Below are positions 36,601-46,500 of a stretch of DNA of 50,177 nucleotides, piece after piece (positions within the stretch are counted from its first letter, which is position 1; each line of letters starts with the position of its first letter). The stretch is taken from IMG/VR virus record IMGVR_UViG_3300023082_000250, positions 1 through 50,177 of that record. One strand, written 5' to 3'. The position numbers were made by a program, and so were the translations under genes. The stretch comes from a virus. Taxonomy: Duplodnaviria; Caudoviricetes. The notes beneath the pieces were generated by a model. That model saw nothing but the letters and a program-made list of their open reading frames with translations, was not told the DNA's origin and did no database searches.

Positions 36601-38342
36601 GCCTTGTGGAGGCGCAAAAGAAAGGATACGATCAATTGTTGCAGGATAATCTTTCTTACCTGGAACAACGGAAGGTGACCACTGACAACTACAATGCGGA
36701 GATTGCCAGACTGGAAGGCAATCCTGTTGCACAAGCTGAGGCCACCGCCAGGTATAAAGATCAGATTCAAACTCTGGATGATACCAACGTGCAGAAGCTT
36801 GGATCCTACAAAAGGCTTTTTGATGGTGTAGATCGACTTTCAGATGACAACGCTAAAAAGGTGGTTAACGATGCTCAGGTAATGCTTGATCAATTGGTAA
36901 AAAACGGGACAATATCAGCTGAACTTGCAAAGCAGATCAAAGATAAACTGAAGGATACCAATGATTCAATTGAACAGCGGCTCCCGGCAAACCTGAACGC
37001 TTTAGCGAATGAACTCCGCAACCTATCCTCCGCGGTAAGCGGTATAGATGCAGGTTTCTCTGCATTGTTGTCTACAGTATCTGATGTGGTTAAGGGGGTA
37101 GCTGATATCAAAACGGGACTGAAAGATTACAAGGAAGCCGGCAAGAAGGATGATACTTTGGGACAGATCACAGCTGGGTTGGGCGTACTATCTGCCGGTG
37201 TCGGGATTGCAAAATCTGTGATCGGCGGTGTTGTAGGTTTCTTCAAATCTGCAAAAGAAAGCGCAAAAAAGGCCGCTGCAGAATTACAAACGTTCCAGGA
37301 TAATACAGTAAAGGGTGAGATCGCATACAATCAGTTGCTCAGGGAACGCGAACGCACGTTAAAAACAATAAGTGAATTATCACTATCTGAGTTGCGTACG
37401 CAGGAGGCTTTGCTTAAAACCCAGACTTCCGCTGCCCAGGCAGATTATAACCGATTACTGGGGCTGATCAATGCAAGCGGTCAGCAGATCACTGGTACCC
37501 ACATCGAAAAGAAAGGTGGTTTCTTAGGTATTGGAAAGAAATCAACAACTGTTCAGGATACGGCAGGCGTAGCTGGTTTGACATACGATCAGCTTGAGGC
37601 CCTGTTCACTCAGGGTAAACTGACTGACTCCACGAAAGCATGGTTCAGTGAATTACAGAAAGCAAAATCTGAATTGGACGCTATCGGTGTAAGCGGTGAT
37701 GATGTGCTGGATGCCATCAATCAGGCTGCCACCGGTACCACAGCCTCAAGTATCGCTGATGCCATTATATCTGGCTTCAAGGAGGGAAAACGATCAGCAG
37801 CAGACTTTGCTGACAGCTTTAAAGACTTGATGTCTGATGCTGCTTTGAGTGTGTTTAAATCCAACTTCCTGAACAAGGCTATTGATGGATTTTACAAACA
37901 GTTTGCAGCCGCCTCTGAAAACGGGCTATCCGAAGATGATATCAAGACATTGAGGGATGCGTATTCGAAAATCATTACCGATGGCGCGGCTCAGTTGGCT
38001 GACTTTGATAAAATCATAGGTACCGACAAGAATGAATCCGCAACTAAAACAGGCGTATCTGGTGCAATTGTAGGTGAGGCCATAACAGAAGGTACAGCAA
38101 ACAGGGGGTTGGGTATATGGATATCACAGTATGATGAGATCAAAAGGCAGGGAATCATTACTCAGAACTATTTTTCAATGTCGGCCAATAGCTTTAAAAA
38201 TATTGAAGCCTACACACTTAGGACTGCGAATAATACTGACGGACTAATTAGTAAGCTCAACCAGATCATAGAGAACCTGGGCGGTGATCCCGGTGATGAT
38301 TTAGGTCAGGACTTAAGGAACGGGGGGGTGAGAGCAGCATAA
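33687..38342 (+). CDS. Tail tape measure protein
   Basis: 1551 aa, Ala-rich helical; AATTPF..QLLAYG..GRGIPI..TGQLSNLSDAW. Confidence 0.95.
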   Translation: MALSTTGGGLYFDSTIDDSQFGAAINRMNNEINGLSNNVKKQGSDLENFANRAAKAATAFFSLQAAEGFIEKMIQVRGEFQQLEVALTTMLGSKEASNKLMGQMVQLAATTPFTLTEVAKSGKQLLAYGFAADTITDTLTKLGSVAAGVSAPIGDIAYLFGTLKTQGRAFTKDIREFSGRGIPIIAELAKVLKTSEANVSTLVEAGKVGFPEVEKAFNNLTSSGGMFYNLMKEQSKTLTGQLSNLSDAWDNMLNSLGKSQEGIFSSGIAAVTELVQNYDKVLSIITVLTAGYGVYRAALLATAAVDKIGLTNAGNMVVALNAESVARIAKAGAEAEEMRVEVSNLAVKKAAAIHSYQNAQATLAESEAKLANLSTGALTAAQERESLARKAAIAASSAFYTAKLELETAAKGGATAAELSSMRAEVVSLNVKRETALQTAINAEANLKNVESKTLASAQEKVIAAQEQAAIARKAAIAAGAEFNTAKTELETTAKIANSAATVELTAVESLQAANKRILIALQQAYNAVLAATPAAAFAVVLTALGVAIYALTQTTSAAVVATRALNDIQAEIAGKIAEQRLAVTDYVKIIKDANSTENERTTALKKLTDLSPKILGALNAQNISTRQGSDAIKEYLKWLDAKLQGEAAYVIKSDAVRRIAERNIKASAEGEEKTKGLDWTKRLGYSLRNFITGNSKLSSADESQQIVDELNKHDQAIINAVDKKYGAALKQRALDGVTRTDATIPDVKNKAYYDAIIKKNTEDLEALDSGAKDFEARSKPLIAKINAARKALLAFDSTGKQAKTDAKADNLENSALKRQAEMLQKIYELNEKYNNKSLTDDEQKLADIRAEFKSLQTDIDQYNKDPKNKKVNPNLKPALEKALDNQEYENETKRLAAQLDKQKTLYADFEAYKVLFGEDKAKQRFGEELTSTDQFIADLEARRAKLLETDPLNMSGIQKDRLKLYDDSINGLVEAQKKGYDQLLQDNLSYLEQRKVTTDNYNAEIARLEGNPVAQAEATARYKDQIQTLDDTNVQKLGSYKRLFDGVDRLSDDNAKKVVNDAQVMLDQLVKNGTISAELAKQIKDKLKDTNDSIEQRLPANLNALANELRNLSSAVSGIDAGFSALLSTVSDVVKGVADIKTGLKDYKEAGKKDDTLGQITAGLGVLSAGVGIAKSVIGGVVGFFKSAKESAKKAAAELQTFQDNTVKGEIAYNQLLRERERTLKTISELSLSELRTQEALLKTQTSAAQADYNRLLGLINASGQQITGTHIEKKGGFLGIGKKSTTVQDTAGVAGLTYDQLEALFTQGKLTDSTKAWFSELQKAKSELDAIGVSGDDVLDAINQAATGTTASSIADAIISGFKEGKRSAADFADSFKDLMSDAALSVFKSNFLNKAIDGFYKQFAAASENGLSEDDIKTLRDAYSKIITDGAAQLADFDKIIGTDKNESATKTGVSGAIVGEAITEGTANRGLGIWISQYDEIKRQGIITQNYFSMSANSFKNIEAYTLRTANNTDGLISKLNQIIENLGGDPGDDLGQDLRNGGVRAA

Positions 38343-39244
38343 TGTACAGCTTAAACAATATATCGCTAGAGGGAATGGGATTCGTTGCCGGCAAGCAACA
38401 GGATAGCAATATCGCCCTGTCCGGATTTTTAAATATGCCGGCACGGATTGGTAAAACCGGGCATGATTGGGCTGAAGAACCAGGTATAGAGGCTTATGTT
38501 TCCGCGGGCGATATATTTTTTGGCGGCCGTGACCTTTCATTGGTTGGATATATCCGGGGAACTGACAGATACGATACAGAGGAAAAGAGAATATCAATCA
38601 ATGATACTGTGGATAGCTTTACGGACCTGGTGCCATTAACCAGTAAATGGGGAACAAGCAATGTTTATGTGAATGGCGCTATTGTGTGCGATTGGTTGAG
38701 TGCTACGACTTTGAGAATAGTAATCCCGATAAGAGAGCCGATTGTACCCATGACAGGAATTGTGCCGGTCGGCGATGGTTCTGAGTTCGGCATTGATGGC
38801 ATTTCCTTTAAGTCTCTCGGAGGGTATCAGTTGGAACTATCTGGCGACCGGAGAAATAGACCGGAACCTAAGGCTCAGGATTATACCGCATATGGACGTG
38901 AGGGTCATTCTATCACTAAAACGATTGCGCCTGAACTGACCCTGAGGCTGTACATCAAGCAACCGAATTACACTGCATTTAAGCAAAAGATAGATAGTAT
39001 TCAAGCGCTATTCGGAGCGCCAGGATATAGGTCACTCACCGCAAATAACGATAAGCTAAGAAGCTTCTTTGTAAAGGACGGCTTCGCTATGAGTATGCTT
39101 TATTCAAAGCCCGACTTTTTCGCCGGGATACTTACATGCAAGTTAACAGAATCTGGTGTAGCAGGCACATTCGTGGACTTGATTGATAGTCTGGGCAATT
39201 TAATTATGGATACCAACGGTAATCAAATAACAGTAAGAATATGA
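38342..39244 (+). CDS. Distal tail (Dit-like) protein, two similar halves
   Basis: Directly follows TMP; HDWAEEPGIE..RDLSL. Confidence 0.65.
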   Translation: MYSLNNISLEGMGFVAGKQQDSNIALSGFLNMPARIGKTGHDWAEEPGIEAYVSAGDIFFGGRDLSLVGYIRGTDRYDTEEKRISINDTVDSFTDLVPLTSKWGTSNVYVNGAIVCDWLSATTLRIVIPIREPIVPMTGIVPVGDGSEFGIDGISFKSLGGYQLELSGDRRNRPEPKAQDYTAYGREGHSITKTIAPELTLRLYIKQPNYTAFKQKIDSIQALFGAPGYRSLTANNDKLRSFFVKDGFAMSMLYSKPDFFAGILTCKLTESGVAGTFVDLIDSLGNLIMDTNGNQITVRI

Positions 39245-39573
39245 AGAATATAAATTATGACATCAGCCTTGGGAATAAGGCTCTTGTGAGAGGTCAGGCG
39301 CTGAATACTACCCTCTTTTTTCAAGCATGGTTTACCGATGTCGTCGACACTAATGTCAATATCGAAGTATGGGTATCAGCTTCTGCATATATGCCATTTT
39401 ATAAAATAGACGCAGCCACTAAGACACTAATCCCGGGTGATGGGACCCTGATTATTTCACTCAACAGCTTATCATTTGCATTTGTGGAGTTCAGGCTTGT
39501 AGCGGCAAATGGACTAGCTGGTAAACTCACATCTATTGAGGTTCTCAGTTCTGCCAATATTAAATATCTGTAA
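39241..39573 (+). CDS. Hypothetical tail-module protein
   Basis: 110-aa beta-rich ORF. Confidence 0.65.
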   Translation: MKNINYDISLGNKALVRGQALNTTLFFQAWFTDVVDTNVNIEVWVSASAYMPFYKIDAATKTLIPGDGTLIISLNSLSFAFVEFRLVAANGLAGKLTSIEVLSSANIKYL

Positions 39574-39574
39574 C

Positions 39575-39700
39575 ATGGATGTGGTAATAGACATAGGCAT
39601 CGACATAGCCGCATTACTGGCACCCTTAAGAGGAAGATTGACCGACAGCGAAGGAAATCAACTAATGGACAACAATAACAACATTATACAGACAAGATGA
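39575..39700 (+). CDS. 41-aa peptide with LTDSEGNQLMD motif (absent from ORF track)
   Basis: Fills the gap exactly; ATGA overlap with the spike gene; motif resembles the Dit-like C-terminus. Confidence 0.65.
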   Translation: MDVVIDIGIDIAALLAPLRGRLTDSEGNQLMDNNNNIIQTR

Positions 39701-42183
39701 GTATATTCCCTGATAATTACACAAAGTTAACTCCGACCGGCACAGAAAAGCTGATGGCGGCTAGACTGAGTGACGGCAAGATGTTTTACATTCAGCTATC
39801 TGATCTCGCTCAGTTATTTGTCACACCGGCAGGACTTACAACGGCTTTAGGCGGGTATCAGGCTAAATTGGTCAGCGGTACAAATTTGAAAACCATAAAT
39901 GGGGAATCTATTTTAGGGAGCGGGAATTTCAATTTACCGGTTCAGGATCTGTCACCTTACGCCTTAAAGGTTGATTCTCTTGCTAAATCACTGGTATTTT
40001 CATCTTTTATAGATAAATCGAAACAGCTGAGTACTTCTGTGCTTACTGGTTTCGGGTACGATTCTGCCGGAACCTTGATAACTTCGGCTAATGCTACTGC
40101 TACGGAAAAAGTCCCTGTGATCATCCCAGCAGGAGGTAGATATTTTACCGTATTGGGATTATTATCACCAACAGCAGCGGGCACAAGTTTAAGACTTATG
40201 AATGCTGCAGGTGTCCAGATCGGCACGATTGCAGGCGCAACAGGAACGTTCGTTCAGGATGTAGAATCAACCAGCAACGGTTACAAGGTTCAGGTTACTG
40301 ATACCACCGTTAAATTCATTGCTCTACAAACGAATACGGTTAATGTTAATTCTGCAAACTTTGCAATCTGGGACGGCCCGTTTGTGCGAAATGATTCACG
40401 AACCATTGACCCGAATTTACTGCCGACATTCGCAAAGAAAAGCGATATCCTGGTTTATCAAGAAAATCTGGCAAAGATGCTGCCTACCGGCTATAGATAC
40501 TCCGGAACAGGTGGTTCTTTATTGGGAGGACAAAACTTTACAGGCACTGAAAAAGTTCCGTGTGCTGCCGGTGACGTGTTCTTTATTGGTATTAATACAT
40601 TGGGTACAAATGCCAACGTAGGAGCTTATTTTACTGCAACAGGTGCGGGAGCTGGAGCGATATTGAAAACTGCCTTAGTTTTAGTGAGTGGCGGATGGAC
40701 ATTGACCATCCCAGCTGACGCAACTATAGCGTATTTCTATCTTTTCTTCATTACCACTGAGGTGAACTTTTCCACGCTGCTGATTGTAAAGGGTTCAACC
40801 TATGTGGCGCCAAAACTTAAGCCGGAGATTATACCAGATGGCAAGTCAAAACTATCTGATTTCACGAATGATGCTGGTTTTGTGGGAAATGCTGATATTC
40901 TTCAAAATTATGATACGCTTGTAACGAATGTCTATCTCGCTTCTATATGGGCCGCCGGCGCGGCAACTGCGTTACCAAGTGCTAATGCTTCGTATGTAGC
41001 TATAAATAAAATAACATCTACTCCAGGTTCGTCGGTAGCAATTCAGGGTATAACATCTGGATTTACCGCTCAAACGCAGGTCGGTCGTGCATGGGATGCA
41101 TCCGGGACCCTAATAGGTGGCATTTTACCTGCAGAATTTGTACCTATTGTTGGCGGGTATAAATATGTTTTCCCTGCCGGCGTATACATGGTTGGATTTA
41201 ACTTTTTAGCGACGATAATTGCTGATACTACTAAGGTAATTATTCAGACAGGCGCTGTTGTCAGAGCCAAGGGGATAAAGTCATCGTTGCTCCCTTCATT
41301 CTCTTTTTATGAGACAGATGCAGCTGCATTGGCTTGGTATAATACAGGAATACTACCGAAGGTATATACTACCAGAGGTAAAATAGTTAAGGTAAAATCT
41401 CAGTCTCAAGGAAACGGAAGATATACATTCCCTGGTATCCCCCTGCCTGCTGATTTTGTAGCAAATGGGAATACTATTCCCGGCGTACTTATCAATAATA
41501 ATGTTGATAATACTATTTATAACGACATCCATGTTTATGGAACTGGTAATAAAGAATATTCAACGTCTGGCACGCAATGGAGCCCACTGATCCTACTATT
41601 TCAAAGAATGATAGCGAATTACAGGGCCCAGGCGGGCAACTCTGCAAAGAACCTGTATGCGGTCCAAACCTCGTTGGGAGGTACCTCTTTCGATCCTGTA
41701 AATGGAGACCTTGGTGGCCCCTGGAATGTTGATACCGATGCTATAAACAGGAATAATCCTTTAGCCCAGAAATTGAATGTTACAGACGAGCGTAGGACAC
41801 GCGCCATGATGGACACTTATCCAGACGCAGACGTTTGTGTCATAATTTACATTTTCGGTGAAGGGGACCGTAATCCGTTGGCAGCAGCTAAGTTCTATCA
41901 AAACGTCAAAAATAGCATCATGTATGATCGCGGTGTTGCCAAAAATCCAATGTTACCGGTAATTTTAGTAGGCGTGAATGCTGCTTCAACACAGTACAGC
42001 CCAATCGTTGAGCAGGCAAAAATTGATCTTGCAGCTAATGTTCCAAATGTTAAATATATCCCCGTTACCGGCTCTACTACCTTGGACGGAATTCACTGGG
42101 ACCTCGCTACCGGCACTACAGTAATGAATGATATCTATAACGAGATCTTAAATAATCCCATTACATATAAACTATTAGCATAA
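39697..42183 (+). CDS. Tail spike with C-terminal SGNH/SASA-type O-acetylesterase domain
   Basis: LVSGTNLKTINGESILG fibre motif; three repeated beta modules; blocks SQSQ, GGTS, FGEGD, DGIH. Confidence 0.7.
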   Translation: MSIFPDNYTKLTPTGTEKLMAARLSDGKMFYIQLSDLAQLFVTPAGLTTALGGYQAKLVSGTNLKTINGESILGSGNFNLPVQDLSPYALKVDSLAKSLVFSSFIDKSKQLSTSVLTGFGYDSAGTLITSANATATEKVPVIIPAGGRYFTVLGLLSPTAAGTSLRLMNAAGVQIGTIAGATGTFVQDVESTSNGYKVQVTDTTVKFIALQTNTVNVNSANFAIWDGPFVRNDSRTIDPNLLPTFAKKSDILVYQENLAKMLPTGYRYSGTGGSLLGGQNFTGTEKVPCAAGDVFFIGINTLGTNANVGAYFTATGAGAGAILKTALVLVSGGWTLTIPADATIAYFYLFFITTEVNFSTLLIVKGSTYVAPKLKPEIIPDGKSKLSDFTNDAGFVGNADILQNYDTLVTNVYLASIWAAGAATALPSANASYVAINKITSTPGSSVAIQGITSGFTAQTQVGRAWDASGTLIGGILPAEFVPIVGGYKYVFPAGVYMVGFNFLATIIADTTKVIIQTGAVVRAKGIKSSLLPSFSFYETDAAALAWYNTGILPKVYTTRGKIVKVKSQSQGNGRYTFPGIPLPADFVANGNTIPGVLINNNVDNTIYNDIHVYGTGNKEYSTSGTQWSPLILLFQRMIANYRAQAGNSAKNLYAVQTSLGGTSFDPVNGDLGGPWNVDTDAINRNNPLAQKLNVTDERRTRAMMDTYPDADVCVIIYIFGEGDRNPLAAAKFYQNVKNSIMYDRGVAKNPMLPVILVGVNAASTQYSPIVEQAKIDLAANVPNVKYIPVTGSTTLDGIHWDLATGTTVMNDIYNEILNNPITYKLLA

Positions 42184-42189
42184 TATACC

Positions 42190-43461
42190 ATGGCAACAAA
42201 TTCATTTAAATACGGAGACAAGACAGTGACCTTTACCAAGAAAACGGTCACCACCACAACTGCAACACTGTCCGACGGGACTGTAATCCCATTTGTAGGA
42301 TCCGCATCATCAGCGGTGACCAGTGCAAAGGTTTCTGAGGCATATGTGAAACTGAAGGGCGCGTATGTGCCGCCAGTTACAGTGCCAACGCCGCCTGTGC
42401 AAATTCCTACACCGCCGGTGATCATCATTCCTCCATCACCGGGAACGGCAAAGGAGATCAGTCTCTCCGACTTCGCCCAGTTGCGTGATGTGGCCGATAT
42501 GAAGTTTGCGTTAAAACCAGGATCATGGAGCGGAGGGGTTTACATTTCGAACCTCAAGAACGTCACTATTGAGGGTGCCGGTAAGGCGCAGCTAACAGAA
42601 GACGGGATTGAGTTATCGGGTAAATTATCAGGATTGGTCCTGTCCGGATTGAACCTTAAGAATATAGAAGGAAGGCAGATTGTCGCTGTTGGCGTGGATA
42701 AGGTTAAGTATACCGGTAAGGCCGGGACATTCATTGATGGGCTGACATTGCAGAATCTGATCTCAGATAATTGCGGACGTCTATTCCATGCTGACGGTAA
42801 TCTGAATAATGGCGTGTATGACGGGGTCATCAAAGATTTCAGGCTATTGAATTCAGCGTTGACCAATTCACCGGAACCTGGTGATTACGTTTACCTGGGA
42901 AATGCAATTGACGCTCTTGTACAGGGTAATAGGTTCGACAGGATCAATACCAGATTCAGTAATCCAGATAAGCCCAACGGAGAGCATAACGGGATTATCT
43001 TCATGAAAGGTAACGGTATTATATCTGATAATATTTGTACCAACCATCAAGGTAATTTCGGCCGTATTTGGCTGCACAGTATCGATGGATTGAAAACTGT
43101 GCAGATCCTTAGAAACTTTGTATATAACTCGCTGAAATACTCGGCATTCGAATTACAGCGCAGCGTTGAATCTGTAGCCAGAGGTTACAAGCCAGCCAAT
43201 GCAATTGTTAACGGTAATATTGCTGGGCACCTGTCCGCTTTAAAAGATTGGGACGGTCAATTGCTGGATCTATACAATACTGGGGGAACCCTTGAGTATA
43301 TGGGAAATAAAGGATTCGACCTATACGGCACCAAGTTCCCGATTTCCAATATGATCAATAACATGAGCGATGTGAAGATCACTGAAAAGGATAACCAGTA
43401 CTTCGCCACACTGGCAGCTGCACTTGCAGGCATACCAACACTAAAGGCTTTGATGGCCTAA
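42190..43461 (+). CDS. Parallel beta-helix (pectin-lyase-like) protein, possible depolymerase
   Basis: Asn-rich beta-helix periodicity (NLKNVTIEG, VQGNRF, ISDNIC) after a Pro-rich linker. Confidence 0.65.
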   Translation: MATNSFKYGDKTVTFTKKTVTTTTATLSDGTVIPFVGSASSAVTSAKVSEAYVKLKGAYVPPVTVPTPPVQIPTPPVIIIPPSPGTAKEISLSDFAQLRDVADMKFALKPGSWSGGVYISNLKNVTIEGAGKAQLTEDGIELSGKLSGLVLSGLNLKNIEGRQIVAVGVDKVKYTGKAGTFIDGLTLQNLISDNCGRLFHADGNLNNGVYDGVIKDFRLLNSALTNSPEPGDYVYLGNAIDALVQGNRFDRINTRFSNPDKPNGEHNGIIFMKGNGIISDNICTNHQGNFGRIWLHSIDGLKTVQILRNFVYNSLKYSAFELQRSVESVARGYKPANAIVNGNIAGHLSALKDWDGQLLDLYNTGGTLEYMGNKGFDLYGTKFPISNMINNMSDVKITEKDNQYFATLAAALAGIPTLKALMA

Positions 43462-43468
43462 AATCTTA

Positions 43469-43496
43469 AAGCCCCGACATCTGCCGGGGCTTCTTT
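43469..43496 (+). terminator. Rho-independent terminator
   Basis: AAGCCCCG-N8-CGGGGCTT followed by CTTT. Confidence 0.7.
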
Positions 43497-43500
43497 CCCT

Positions 43501-43562
43501 TTTACCATTGGCTAATGGTAAATTCAAACCTCCGTCCGCGCCCCGCACCTCCGGTAAATTTG
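43501..43562 (+). promoter_or_regulatory. Putative late promoter 2
   Basis: TTTACCATTGGCTAATGGTAAA; TAAATTTG at 43555-43562. Confidence 0.7.
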
Positions 43563-43567
43563 TGGTA

Positions 43568-46500
43568 ATGGTAGGCAAACTGGATATTTATAGAGCAGGA
43601 GCGTTATTTGCGACAGTAGATATCGATGAGAGTACAGTATTTACAGAGAAACTTCCAGGTACAGACTTCATCGCTTGCCCTATCAAAACACTGCGCGCTG
43701 TTGACTTTCAGGAAGGTGATTACATCACTCACAAGGGAACAAACTACAAGATCAACATCATCCCTGAGTTTGGCAAGGCTAGTTCCACTAAAGCCAAAAG
43801 TTACAAGATCAATTTCGAGGCTCCTTTCTATGACCTGATCGATATATTCATTGAGAACAGTCAGGGCGCACATACCTTTCCGTACTACGCAAATGCCCGC
43901 GACCATGCTCAGATGGTAATTGATAATGCTAATCTGGAAGGGTCAGGTTATACATTAGGTGCCATCGAGGATACTGAGGCTGTACTTATCAACTATGACT
44001 GGAGTTATGCTCGGGCATCGCTGGATGATATTGCCAAAGCCACCGGTTTAGAATGGAAATTTAACGGCAAGGAACTGACCATGGTCAAAGCCATCGGCAG
44101 AGATACTTCGCTTGTTTTCCAGTATGGCCGGGGCAAAGGTCTGCATGAGATTACCCGGGCACCAGATAATAATAAAGCGATCGTCAATAAAGTATATGGT
44201 GTTGGAGGTACCAAAAATATCACAGCGGCATATCGTAACGGTACTGAATCTAACCTGGTATTCGAAGAACGTTTTGTTACTACACCGGGAGTGCTGGCGC
44301 GTACTGAGCGACCCAAACATGGTAAATATGAAAACTTAGAAATATATCCTCGCTTCGAGGGAACCGTTACTGCTACCACACTGATCAGGGATGAGGCCAA
44401 TGTTATAACTGGTGCTACAATCACCGATACCTCCATTAATTTCGATCTTAACCTGCATCTACAGGAAGGTGTAAAGGCTAAAGTATCCTTCAGGACCGGC
44501 CCACTTGCTGGTGTGGAAGGTGGTTTTGAAATTGAGAATATCAATTACGCAACCAAGACCGTTACCATCATCGTCAATACCGATGCGAATAATTATACAT
44601 TACCAAATGAGCTCAATTTTCCAGAGGTAGGTCATAAGTTCACGTTTTTAGATGTGATAATGCCGCCCGAGTATGTCGTGGCCGCCGAACTGGAATTGAA
44701 AACAGCATCAGAATTGTATCGTGACCAGAACAAAGCACAGCGTTTGAATTACAGCGTTGTATTGGACGAAAAGCAATTGCGAGATAATCTCATACAACTA
44801 CATGCCGGTGACAGGGCAAACATGATCGATGTGGATCTGAATGTTGATGAGATACTCAGGTTTACTGAGATCAGCTACCCTCTGGTAAACGAATACAAGG
44901 TCACCGGCACGATAGGTAATGAGATAACTTACAGCCGTGAGGTGAAGCTTTATGCTGATGTACTGAACAATACGCAACAGATGGCATCTATTGATCGCAG
45001 AGGTCAGGAGATTGCCAAGCGTGGTGCACAGAACCTACGTGTGCTTGCTGAAAGTATATTTGACGTTGAGGGAAACTTTGACTCAGCCAAATTCAATGTC
45101 GGGGTACTTTCTGCATTGCTGGGCATCTTCGGAATCAAGTCTGCAAACTTCCTGCTCAACAGGGTCTTTATCACCGCTAACTTTGGCAGTGATCCCAATG
45201 CAGTTAATATATCTACAGGGGAACTGTTCCATTTGGAATATTCTAATCCAGGTGATCAGAACATCTGGCAGATGCAGGCGGTTACGCAATCAGGATTAGT
45301 GCCGGGGCAGGAATACTATGTTTATTCCAAACTGAGTAAATCCTCACAGGTAGGTACATTTCTGATCACCACTGATCAGATCAGACCGGATGATATTCCG
45401 GGGTTCTACACGGTGCGTACCGGTATCATCTATCCACAGATCAATGGATGGAGGGATGTTGACTTTACTTATGGTATCACCACTGTAAACGGGCGCCAGA
45501 TCAAAACCGGTATCATTCAGGGTAACACCGGGGCATTGATCATCAATCTGGATACAGGTGAGATATTCGGTAAGGTAACTTTCCGGTCTTCCAATGGATC
45601 GGTTAAAGATGTGGCCGATCTTCAGGATCAGGTAGACAAATTGCCGATCCAGGGAAGGAACTACTATGGGCGTACAAGTCCTTTCAATTCTATGGGCCCA
45701 GGATCAACCGTGGCCTCACAAACGAGCAACGGATTCATTCTCCGCGGTGTTGTAAATAATGATGGGTTTGCCAGGGTGAGTAATGTGATTACCTCAAACG
45801 GCGACTGGACGATTAGCTTTGACGTTTTTGTTGATGGAGTAGCATGGAGCGGCACATTTATAGATGTATGTGATGGAGCTGCAGTATATCTTCCTGGCAT
45901 TCCTTTAAACGGCACTGTAGGATCGCCAAAGCATTTCGAGTTTACAGTAAATGTTCAAAATTACACTCAGGAACTCTATAATTTTATTGATTTCAATGCG
46001 CTGTCAAGCCAAAATTATTATTTCTCAAATTTTAAGGTTGAAAAGGGAACCAAGGCGACACCATGGACGCCTGCTCCCGAAGATACTCAGGCAGATCTGG
46101 ACTTGGCAATTGCACAAGCCAGCGAAGCATTAGCCGAAATTGATAATATATCCAATGATGGCATTCTGGATGTTTCGGAGAAAACTTCGCTGTACCAGCG
46201 TTACCTGACTATTTTAGCGGAGAAAGATATTTTAGTTGCTTCGGCTGCGCCTTTTGGAGTATCTACCGGGGATTATGTGGGCAACTGGAATGTGGTACGA
46301 TCTCAATTAGAAACAAATTGGCTCCAAAACCTCGCAATAGCCACGCCCGTTGACCGGATATATTTCGATACCGTATTTACCAATTACTATAACAGCAAAG
46401 TAAATCTACAAAAGTCAATCACCGATGCAGCGAATGGCAAAATCAACAATATACAAACCGGAGGCAGGAACTATATCAAAAACTCAAATTTTGCCAGAGG

